Positions 1 through 9,400 of a DNA stretch of 64,000 nucleotides are shown here, in pieces (the first letter of the stretch is position 1; each line of letters starts with the position of its first letter). The stretch covers positions 2,496,001 through 2,560,000 of the forward strand of contig OZ220696.1 of NCBI GenBank assembly GCA_965116495.1, given 5' to 3'. The notes under the pieces are model-generated. The model had not been told where the DNA came from. It searched no databases and saw nothing but the letters and a program-made list of their open reading frames with translations. This stretch comes from Gammaproteobacteria bacterium. Its GTDB lineage: Bacteria > Pseudomonadota > Gammaproteobacteria > Eutrophobiales > Eutrophobiaceae. A program made the translations under genes and the position numbers.

Positions 1-190
1 TCGCCAGAAATTTTATCCTGCCTGTCACCAGTACTACCAGCGCAAGGCACAAAGTCGCCGTCACGCTTGCAACCAGCAACAACTGGAACACATCCAGGTA
101 GCGCAGGGATATCTTGAATGCAGTCGCAACCGTGGACCACAGCAACACCGCGCTCAGCGCGAACAGGTACGCCTTATGCTGATTGGTCAA
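1..190 (-). CDS. DMT/EamA family transporter, 5' part (runs off window)
   Basis: Manual translation from TTG at 190 gives (M)TNQHKAYLFALSAVLLWSTVATAFKISLRYLDVFQLLLVAS..., a typical EamA first helix. It starts 3 nt after the SDR stop. Confidence 0.75.
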   Translation of the reverse strand, partial: MTNQHKAYLFALSAVLLWSTVATAFKISLRYLDVFQLLLVASVTATLCLALVVLVTGRIKFLA

Positions 191-192
191 GG

Positions 193-957
193 TCAGCGTG
201 GCGGCATCCTGATACCGCCGTCGATACGGATGGTTTCCGCGTTGATATAGTCGTTTTCGATAATGAATAGGGCCAGGCGGGCAACCTCGTCGGGACTGCC
301 CAGACGTTTGGGGAAGAGAACGGAGGCCTCCAGGGACTGGATGACCTCGTCACCCAGGCCGTCGAAAATGGGCGTGTGAATGATCCCCGGCGCGATGGTG
401 TTGACCCTGATGCCGAGGCCGGCCAGATCCCGGGCGACAGGGACCGTCATGCCGGCTATCCCGCCTTTGCTGGCGCTGTATGCGGCCTGGCCGACCTGCC
501 CTTCAAAAGCGGCAACGGATGCGGTATTGATTATCACGCCGCGCCCGCCGTGTTCGTCGAAAGGCTCGTTTTCAGCCATCTGTGCGGCGGCCAGGCGCAG
601 GACGTTGAACGTGCCGCTCAGGTTGACGCGGATTACCTTGTTGTATAAATCCAGAGAATGCGGTCCGTCCCTCCCGAGAGTCCTGACGGCCACAGCGATC
701 CCGGCAAAGTTGCAGCATATGTGCAGCGCCCCGAAGCCGGCTACCGTGTTGCCGATGGCGCCGCTCACTGCGTCCTCATCCGCCACATCAACATGCTGGT
801 ACAGAACCCGGTCATGCCCGGCAATCCCGGCATCCTGAATTTCATTCAGGTCGAATACGGCAACGCCAGCGCCTGCGTCAAGAAGTCTTTTTACCGTTGC
901 CAGGCCCAGTCCGGATGCGCCGCCGGTGACTATCGCTGATTTGCCTGGAATATCCAT
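193..957 (-). CDS. SDR, 3-hydroxyacyl-CoA dehydrogenase type II (HSD10-like)
   Basis: TGGASGLG Rossmann motif, NTASVAAFEGQVGQAAYSASKGG catalytic YxxxK, C-terminal IRIDGGIRMPPR. Confidence 0.9.
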   Translation of the reverse strand: MDIPGKSAIVTGGASGLGLATVKRLLDAGAGVAVFDLNEIQDAGIAGHDRVLYQHVDVADEDAVSGAIGNTVAGFGALHICCNFAGIAVAVRTLGRDGPHSLDLYNKVIRVNLSGTFNVLRLAAAQMAENEPFDEHGGRGVIINTASVAAFEGQVGQAAYSASKGGIAGMTVPVARDLAGLGIRVNTIAPGIIHTPIFDGLGDEVIQSLEASVLFPKRLGSPDEVARLALFIIENDYINAETIRIDGGIRMPPR

Positions 958-961
958 GATA

Positions 962-1360
962 TTAATAGCATTGAATATTAATTGTTCTGTCTGACCGGGT
1001 TATATCCTTCAAAGCTGCGTCACAGGTAACAAGAGTGGCTGGAAGTATTTTTGCCAGCGCGACATAAGCAGCATCATACACAGTCAGGTTATTCCGGTAT
1101 TGCCATATAGTTGCTATGAACGGTTCATGGGCATAGCGGATAACATCAAACTGTAACCAGTAATTTATCAGAGCTTGCGCTTGTGCCTCTGATATAGCGC
1201 CTTTCAATACATATCTTCGGAGTGTATGAACAATTTCCAAGTCAATAAGGTGTGGAACGTGCAGAGTTACTCGCTGATTAGTGATTTCCCTGGCAATCAA
1301 CTTGCCTGTAGCAGTATTCAGCAACATTTCAAGCGCTGCTGAAGCATCCAGAACAATCAA
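962..1360 (-). CDS. vapC: PIN-domain toxin (VapC family)
   Basis: MIVLDASAA...APHLIDLE-like (VPHLIDLEI)...NLTVYDAAYVALA...LVTCD acidic PIN motifs. Overlaps the antitoxin stop by 4 nt. Confidence 0.9.
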   Translation of the reverse strand: MIVLDASAALEMLLNTATGKLIAREITNQRVTLHVPHLIDLEIVHTLRRYVLKGAISEAQAQALINYWLQFDVIRYAHEPFIATIWQYRNNLTVYDAAYVALAKILPATLVTCDAALKDITRSDRTINIQCY

Positions 1361-1587
1361 TGAGATGATCTATCCTCTCGTATCATTTCAGCCGGAGATG
1401 GATCTAACTTTTGTTCAGGCTGGGATGCAATTTGAGCCAGTATTTCTTCCATGCTTGGTCGCTCCAGAACCTTCCTGATTTCACGCAAGATGTATTGGGA
1501 CATGGAGGTTCCTTCCAACGCTGCTCGCGCCTTTAATTGCCGGTGCAGTTTATCCGGGACGTTACGAATTTGAATCATGGTCGACAT
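1357..1587 (-). CDS. Ribbon-helix-helix antitoxin (FitA/VapB-like)
   Basis: MSTMIQIRNVPDKLHRQLKARAALEGTSMSQYIL is an RHH pattern; the gene lies directly upstream of the PIN toxin. Confidence 0.88.
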   Translation of the reverse strand: MSTMIQIRNVPDKLHRQLKARAALEGTSMSQYILREIRKVLERPSMEEILAQIASQPEQKLDPSPAEMIREDRSSH

Positions 1588-1593
1588 AAAACC

Positions 1594-1622
1594 AGTATGA
1601 ATTCATGTGCGCTTCATGTCAA
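1594..1622 (-). promoter_or_regulatory. sigma70 promoter of the vapBC module
   Basis: Minus strand reads TTGACA (1622-1617), 17 bp, CATACT (1599-1594), 6 nt, ATG. Confidence 0.7.
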
Positions 1623-1626
1623 GATA

Positions 1627-1674
1627 TGTGTGAATATTGGGGACAGAATTAACTCTGTCCCCAATATTCACACA
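1627..1674. repeat. Perfect palindrome with 21-bp arms, GGGGAC...GTCCCC family
   Basis: tgtgtgaatattggggacaga-attaac-tctgtccccaatattcacaca. Confidence 0.9.
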
Positions 1675-1764
1675 GAAAATGCCGGTTTCATTGCGCACCT
1701 GAAGACATTCACGACCAGCTTTCTATAGTAAACTACTATTATAACGCATTGAGGAGACTCTGAA

Positions 1765-2550
1765 ATGGCTACCACTGCACGAGTACTGATCGAAGAACCC
1801 ATCCTGCTTACCGAGGTAAATGCCGGTATAGCGACCCTGACCTTGAACCGGCCCGGTCAATACAATGCCTTGTCCGAAGACATGTTGCTCGCGCTGCAGG
1901 AAGCCCTGGATGACATCGCCGGAGATGATACGGTCCGCGTAGTCGTCATCGCGGCAAACGGCAAGGCATTTTGTGCCGGGCATGACCTCAAGGAAATGCG
2001 TTCCAGTGAAGACCGGGCCTTTCACCAGGCGTTGTTTGACCGCTGCGGTACGGTCATGCAGACCATCAATAAACTGCCGCAACCTGTCATCGCAAAGGTG
2101 CAGGGCGTTGCCACTGCCGCAGGCTGCCAGTTTGTGGCGCAGTGCGACCTGGCGGTCGCCGCGGAGACCGCCCGCTTTGCCGTGTCCGGCATCAACGTGG
2201 GCTTGTTCTGCTCCACGCCGGCAGTGCCTCTGAGCCGCAACATGCAGCGCAAGCAGGCCATGCAGATGTTGCTGACCGGCGATTTTATCGACGCCCATAG
2301 CGCAAAACAGTTCGGCCTGGTCAATGAGGTTGTGTCCCCGGAAGAACTGGATACGGCCGTCTCATCCATGGCGGAAAAAATCGCGGCCAAATCCGCATTG
2401 GCCGTCAACCTCGGCAAGAAAATGTTCTATCAGCAGGCGAACATGGATTTAAGCGCTGCTTACGAGTTTGCCGGCGAACGCATGACCTGCAACATGGACA
2501 GCGAGGATGCCCGGGAAGGGATAGACGCATTTATCGAGAAACGCGCTTAA
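1765..2550 (+). CDS. Enoyl-CoA hydratase/crotonase family protein
   Basis: AFCAGHDLKEM, ATAAGCQFVAQCDLAVA and GLFCSTPAV motifs; GAGGAG RBS. It ends abruptly at FIEKRA* inside a repeat. Confidence 0.9.
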   Translation: MATTARVLIEEPILLTEVNAGIATLTLNRPGQYNALSEDMLLALQEALDDIAGDDTVRVVVIAANGKAFCAGHDLKEMRSSEDRAFHQALFDRCGTVMQTINKLPQPVIAKVQGVATAAGCQFVAQCDLAVAAETARFAVSGINVGLFCSTPAVPLSRNMQRKQAMQMLLTGDFIDAHSAKQFGLVNEVVSPEELDTAVSSMAEKIAAKSALAVNLGKKMFYQQANMDLSAAYEFAGERMTCNMDSEDAREGIDAFIEKRA

Positions 2551-2574
2551 TGGGGTCAGGTCGCACATTGCACA
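2547..2574 (+). repeat. 28-bp repeat, left copy (inverted relative to 29606-29633)
   Basis: ttaatggggtcaggtcgcacattgcaca is the exact reverse complement of 29606-29633. Confidence 0.92.
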
Positions 2575-2654
2575 AGGCATCCGAGGTACTGAGCAAGCGC
2601 AGTGATGCGGATCACCCGTTCCAGGCTCACTCGTAAGCGTAGCATCAGAGTAAT

Positions 2655-2685
2655 AAAAAACCCCGGTACAAGCCGGGGTTTTTTT
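2655..2685. terminator. Bidirectional rho-independent terminator
   Basis: aaaaaa-ccccgg-tacaag-ccgggg-ttttttt, just past the stop of the minus-strand 62-aa gene. Confidence 0.85.
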
Positions 2686-2713
2686 GTTCTGTGTGAGATA
2701 TGCGGGTTACCAA

Positions 2714-2902
2714 TCAGGACCTGCCGGTGAAACCTTCAAACAATCCCTCCAGGCGGGCCATACGTTCTGTTAATTTGGCAATACGCTCGCTTAATTCGGC
2801 AAACTGCTCATCTATGGTAGATAGCCTTGGCACAATAAGGCCGGCCACAACCGCGCCCGTTCCAACGATGGTAATTATGATAGTTATCAGTTCGTAATTC
2901 AT
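2714..2902 (-). CDS. Small membrane-anchored coiled-coil protein
   Basis: N-terminal hydrophobic helix (LITIIITIVGTGAVVAGLIV), heptad region ending ERMARLEGLFEG, GGAG RBS and a downstream terminator. Confidence 0.7.
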   Translation of the reverse strand: MNYELITIIITIVGTGAVVAGLIVPRLSTIDEQFAELSERIAKLTERMARLEGLFEGFTGRS

Positions 2903-3205
2903 TACTTATCTCCGTATGTATCATTTCGTCATTGAGGTTTCCAGGGAGCCTTCGGTCAAGCCGGAACTTCCTTGATTACCCCTTCAGTCTAGCCACCTCA
3001 GCCATGTCGTGTCAATACCAATTTACCAATTTACCGCACACAAAGTCTGGCTGGTCAGGAAGCGCCTGATAAGGACTCCTGCTTGCCTTTCCCCGATTAC
3101 CGAACACTTTACGTAAGGTTGTACCCATAAGTGATTAATTTGTCATTTGTCCATTCCAAATTCTGCTACAATTGGAACGATAACAATTATTACAGGTTCA
3201 CCGAA

Positions 3206-3442
3206 ATGATGGGCTTCTTGTCATTGAACTCCCTGTTCCACCGCCACCCGGACATGTTTGCCCCAAACATGTTTGCTGTCGCGCAGAAGTTCAACGCCGA
3301 CGGCGTGGTCTGTTCCCCCCCCCCCCCCCCCCCCCCCCACATACAACCAGAATATAAGCAGTTACGCCCGCGTAATCACCGACTACCCACCCGGGTGGGG
3401 CATGTCCCGGACGCATTAATGGCGCTTGATCCGGCGTCATAG
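3206..3442 (+). CDS. Putative leader ORF containing the poly-C (poly-Pro) tract
   Basis: ATG 3206/3209 follows a weak AGGT, downstream of a TGcTACAAT extended -10 (3164-3172). Its TAG (3440-3442) overlaps the AGGTG RBS of the giant gene. Confidence 0.35.
   Translation: MMGFLSLNSLFHRHPDMFAPNMFAVAQKFNADGVVCSPPPPPPPHIQPEYKQLRPRNHRLPTRVGHVPDALMALDPAS
3315..3338 (+). repeat. Homopolymeric C24 tract
   Basis: 24 consecutive C, ~115 nt upstream of the probable adhesin ATG. Confidence 0.9.
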
Positions 3443-3452
3443 GTGTCAGCAG

Positions 3453-6400
3453 ATGACTGCCCGCATCATGGGTGTTGGTTTCCTTAAAACTTTTTGCGCG
3501 CTTGTGCGTGCGTTTACTGGCCGCAGCGGTGGTTTGTTATTGGCGGTGTTACTGGCGGTGTTATTGGCTGCGTTGCCACTACAGGCGGTGGCTCAGACCC
3601 AAGGGGTTTCTATCTCGGCAAACCCGTCTACATTCGGCCAGGTCTCGATTACAGAAGGGGAAGATGTGACCTTTACCGTAAGCAGGACAGGGGACAATTC
3701 AGATGCACTGACCGTGAATTACCAGATCACCGGTGGTGGCGGGCCTGCGAACCTACAACCAGAGCGTGCAGGGGAGGGAGACTATACCTCCATCCCCACT
3801 TCTTATGAATTTCTCGCGGGGAGCTCCGCATCCCATGAGTTTACCGTAACAGCGGTGAATGACGAGGTTTACGAACCACGGCAGTATTTCACGTTAACAG
3901 CATCGGGTTCTTATCGGGATGGAACCGATGCTGTTAGTTTCAGTGAGGAAGTTGTAGTCAGAATCACCGAGAACGATGAAAGGTATCTCACCCTCTCGCC
4001 TGTTTCGGACTCTGCCGTGGGAATGAAGAATCCGGAGTTCATGGCAAAGGAAGGAGGCATAACAAACGGGAAAAATGAACTGACGATCAGCCTCAACGAG
4101 CCGCTTCCCTACGACTTGAATATTGCTTACACCGTCGGCGACGATCCCCACACAACCGCATCGGTTAAAGACTTCACGATGGCCGACGGCACAGCGACAA
4201 TACCTAATGGTGACACGTCCGTCACCATCGACATCGGCATCGGAGATGATGACCTGGTCGAACCCACCGAGTACTTCACCTTGGGGTTTCGCACTCCTGG
4301 CTACAATGACCCGGGCAACGCGTTAGGGACGTTCAACCCGGTCAATTTTCAGGACAGCAAGCTCACATCACAGCCGCTCTCAGTCTCCATCATGGATAAC
4401 GACACAAAGGACATGGGAGGTGTCGTTTACCTGCGTGGAGAAGGGGGAGGAGGTATTACGGGGTTTCCAAGCACGAGGAAGACTCTTACAGAAGGCCAGA
4501 GCACAACCATTACCGCGGAAATAGCTGGCGCGGCCCCAACCAGCGATATCCAGATTCCCCTCAAAGTTACAGAGTTTCCGAGCGACGAGGTAACGTCGTC
4601 TGACTACAGTATTCCCGGTTCCATCACTATCAAGATGGGCGACAAAACCGGCGCGGTCACGCTGAAAACCGTAGATGACATGGAGGACGAGCGATACCGC
4701 GAGCTGCTGGTCGTGGAAATCAATGAGATGGGCACGAATTTACCAACTGGCTACGAAAAGGGAGACCGCAGCAAGTACGAAGTCATCATCCTGGACAACG
4801 ACGAGACCCCGGTCAGCCTGCAGAGTCTGAGCCGTACCGCTTTGACGGAAGCCAGGGGCAGCGGCACCCATACGGCAACGTTCCAGCTTCGTATCGACCG
4901 CAGGCCCAAAGCAGACCCGATGGCAACACCACTGTTCACCGGCGCGGCTACCGATGAAGGCGATGCGAAGCTCGTTCTGGGATACACGGGGAAGGCGACG
5001 CGTGGCAGCACCGCCGACTACACATCAACCGCCGATACTTTCGTGATTCACAAGAGCCCCGCCGCGCTTCCCACCAATTGTATGCCCGACGGCGAGGCGG
5101 TGAAGTGCACGGTGACGCTCAATGTCAGAGACGACAACTTGTACGAGGGAGGGGTCGGCACAACCGAAGACGTGAAGATCAATCTCGATACCGGGAATAG
5201 CAGCTTCAACGACGGTTTAAAGAAGCCTACGCGCCTCAGCCTGACGATCGAGGACAACGACGAGCAGCCGATGCTTTCCGTCGGTGACTTATCTGCGGTT
5301 GAGGGCGGCAAGCTCGCTTTCAAGGTGAAGCGCACCGGCGCAATGGAGAACAGGTTGTCGGTACGGGCGGCCACGGCCAATGACGGGACTGATGGGGCAA
5401 ATCGCGCGGTGGCCAATTCGGACTACAGGACCCGCTCAGAGACGCTGAAGTTCGCAAAAGACGATAGGGAGCAGACTTTCGAGGTTACAACGACCCAGGA
5501 CGTCATCGACGAGATGGACGAAACTTTCCTGGTGAAGCTGAGCGATGCCAAAGACACGGGAGGTGAGCCCAAACCCGGCATTGAGGACGACACGGCCGTC
5601 GGCACCATCACCGACAATGACGACGCGCCCACGGCACTCACCATATCGGTGGATACCGACACCAGCACCGACGGCGGCCAGGACACCATCGCCGAAGCCG
5701 CGGACAAGACCACGGTTAGCGTCACTGCCACCATCACCAGCGACACGCGCTTCGCCGACGCTCGGACCGTGACCGTCACCGTGGGCAAAGATGGGGACGG
5801 CGCCGTCGAGGGTACGGACTACAATGAGGTGGCTGGTACTATCCAAATCACCATCCCGGCAACACAGAAAAGCGGTACCGGCATGTTTGATCTGATGCCG
5901 GTTAACGACAAGATTGACGATGACGACGAGAAGATAAGCGTCGAAGGCGAACTCGGCACCATGACGGTCACCCATGCCGCCATCACGATCACCGACGACG
6001 ACGCCCGCGGCATCACCGTATCGGAGGAAACGCTGACCATCCATGAGGCGGACGACACGAACACCGAAGATAAGGAACACGAGGGCACCTACAACGTGGC
6101 CCTCACCAGCCAACCAGAAGGAGGCGCAGTAACGGTCAATATAAAAAGCGAAGGTCCGAAAGTAGCCACGGTGGACCCGCCCAGCCTGATGTTTACCACG
6201 GCCAACTGGGAGACGGCGCAGACGGTGACCGTGACCGCCGAGAACGACACCATCGACGATACCGGCGACCAGAAGACCACCACCATCACCCACACGGTCA
6301 GCGCCGCAGACACGGATTACAAGGACGAAACAGTTGACGATGTGGCAGTCACCGTCACCGATGATGACGAGGCGCCCATGGCGCTCACGCTCACGGTGGA

Positions 6401-9400
6401 CACCGACACCAGTACCGGCGGCGACCAGAACACAATCGGTGAGGGCGATGACGCACCCACGGTGCGGATCACCGCCACGCTTGACGGCGACACCCAATTT
6501 GCCACCGCCAAGACCATCACCATCACCGTAGGCGATTCCGGCAAGGACACCGCCACCGAGGGAACCGGCGGCGACTACAACACCGTAGCGGAATTCGATA
6601 TCACCCTGCCCGCCGGCGCTGAGAGCGTCTACCACGATCTGGAACTCACCCTGAATGACGACAGTGTGGACGAGGCCAATGAGGAGACCGTCACCGTGAC
6701 GGGCGCGCTCACCGGAGCGACGGTGAAAGGCACGACCTTCACCATTGAAGACAACGACGCCACGCCCACCGTCACTCTGGTGCTGACTCCGGCATCGATC
6801 AACGAGAGTGGCGCCACCAACGCCAGCACGGTAACGGCCACCATGGACGGGACATCCAGCGAAGCCGTGACGCTCACGGTGTCCGCCACGCCGGTCAGCC
6901 CCGCGGCCACGGGCGATCTCACCCTCAGCGACAACAAAACACTGACGATCCCGGCCAACACGCAGGCCAGCACCGGGGTCGTGACCATCGCCGCGGTCGA
7001 TAACGACGTGGACGCCGCGAACAAGACCGTCACCGTTGCCGCCACCGCCACCGGCGGCAACGCGCTGGTGCAGGCGCCGGGGAGCCAGACCCTCACGATT
7101 ACCGACGACGACACCCGCGGCATCACCGTGTCGAAGGCGACGCTGACGCTGGATGAGGAAGACAACGCGGCCACCATGGAGACGGACGAGCACCAGGACA
7201 CCTATACCGTGGTTCTCGACAGCGAACCCTCGGGCGGGACGGTAACGATAGGGGTTGCCAGTGGCGATACGACTATCGCCGGAGTTGCTCCGGCGACCCT
7301 CGAGTTCACCGCCTCCACCTGGGATAATCCGCAAACGGTCACCGTGACCGCTGTTCCCGACGGTATCGACAATCCGAATGACCGGCGCACTGCGGCTATT
7401 ACCCATACCGTGACCGCCACGGGGACGGATTACGACGGCGCAACGGCGAGCGGTGTGATGGTCACGGTCAACGACGACGATGGCGCGCCGACGCTGTCCA
7501 TCAACAGTCCATCCGTGACCGAGGTGGACAGCGACGCCACGGCGACGCTCACCTTCACAGTGCGGCTGACCCCGGCAAGCGGCAACACGGTGACCGTGGA
7601 CTACGCGGACGCCGGAACCGGCACCGCAACCTCGGGCCGCACGGACTACGCGACCCTGGCCGGCGGTACGCTGACCTTCTCTGCCGGCGATACCAGCGAG
7701 ACCGTGGAGGTCACGGTGAGCGGCGATGACATCGATGAACCCGACGAGACGGTGGTCGTGCGCCTGTCCTCGCCTTCCAATGCCACGTTGACGGACGGCG
7801 CCACCACGCTGGACGGCACCGGAACCATCAATGACAACGACCCCACGCCCACGGTTTCCGTCGCCGACGCCGCGGCGGTGTCCGAGGGCGACGTGGCGGC
7901 CCCCAATCCTGCCAACAACATGACCTTCACCGTCACACTCTCGGCGGTCAGCGGCCTAGACGTGACGGTGCCCTACACCTTGAGCGGCACGGCCACGGCG
8001 GGTACCGACTACACCGAGCCCGACCCGCGCTCCGTGACGATCGCCGCGGGGACGACGCGGGCGGACATCGCAATCCCCGTGGCCGGCGATGAGGTGGACG
8101 AGGAAAACGAAACGATTACGGTCACGCTGGGCGCGCCGACAAACGCCACGGTCTCGACTGCCGAAGGCGCGGGCGCCGCCAGCGGGACGATCACGGATGA
8201 CGATACCCGCGGCGTTAGCGTCACTCCCACCACATTGACCGTGGCCGAAGCGGACAACGCGGGCACCGAGGCCACCAGGGAGGACCAGGAAGCCTACAAG
8301 GTAGTGCTCACAAGCCAGCCCACCGGCGCGGTAACGGTCAACCTGAAAAGCGGCGACGAGTCCGTGGCCAGGATCAATACGGCGAGCCTGGTTTTCGGCG
8401 CCGGCAACTGGAATACGGAACGCACGGTGACCGTCACCGGCCAGGCCGACGTCATCGACAACACCGGCGACGAGCGCGCCACCACCATCGCCCACACGGT
8501 GAGCGCCGCGGGGACGGATTACGCCGACGAAACCGCCGAGGGCGTGGCGGTGACGGTGACCGATGATGACGCCGCCCCCAGTGGCATCACGCTCACGGCG
8601 AATCCCGACTCGGTAACGGAGAACGGCGGCGCCAAAACCATCACCGTCACTGCCGCCGTGAACGGCATGACCCGCTACGCCCAGGCCAGGACCGTGTCGG
8701 TGAGCGTCGGCGGCGGTACGGCCATCTCCGGTACGGACTACACGGCCGTGGAAAGTTTCGACATCACCATAGGCGCGGGCGAGGACGACGCAAGCAACAC
8801 CTTTACGCTCACCCCGGACAATGACGTGCTGGCCGAGGGTAACGAGACCATCAACGTTACGGGAACCCTGTCCGGTATCACGATCAGGCCTGATGAGATC
8901 ATCCTTACGGACAATGACGCGGCGCCGAGCGGCATCACGTTGAGCGTGGACACCAACGGCGCCGAGGACGGCACGCCGAGCACGGTGGGAGAGGACGCCG
9001 GGGGCACGGTGGTTACGGTAACGGCCACGGTGAACGGCACGACGCGCTACGTGGACGCGAAAACCGTGGCGGTGAGCGTGGCGGACGGCACCGCGGAATC
9101 ACCCGCCGACTATGCGGCGGTGAGCGGCTTCAACATCACCATCGCCGCGGGCGCGGCCAGCCACACCGGCAGTTTCACCGTGACGCCGGTGGACGACGAC
9201 CTCGACGAGGCCAACGAGACAATCAACGTAACCGGTACGCTGAGCAGCGTCACGATCACCGGCGCGACAGTGACCTTCACGGACAACGACGACCCGGTGA
9301 GCTTCTCGATCGCCGATGCGGAGGCCACCGAGGGCGGCAAGGTGGAGTTCACCGTGAGCCGCGCAGGGGCCGGGGACAACATAGCGGAGGTGAAGGTGAC

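Noticed and set aside
2575-2636. Possible 3' gene remnant (…EVLSKRSDADHPFQAHS*) between the left repeat and the terminator
   Set aside because: Too short to assign; no recognisable motif.
3016-3035. taccaatt x2.5 short tandem repeat
   Set aside because: Too short to distinguish from chance or a minor operator.
3252-3275. Overlapping palindromes acatgtttg-ccc-caaacatgt and caaacatgtttg in the adhesin leader
   Set aside because: Real in the sequence, but there is no second copy and no regulator to link it to.
3131-3460. Classical on/off frameshift fusion of the poly-C leader to the adhesin
   Set aside because: TAA at 3417-3419 in the adhesin frame blocks fusion whatever the tract length, as assembled.
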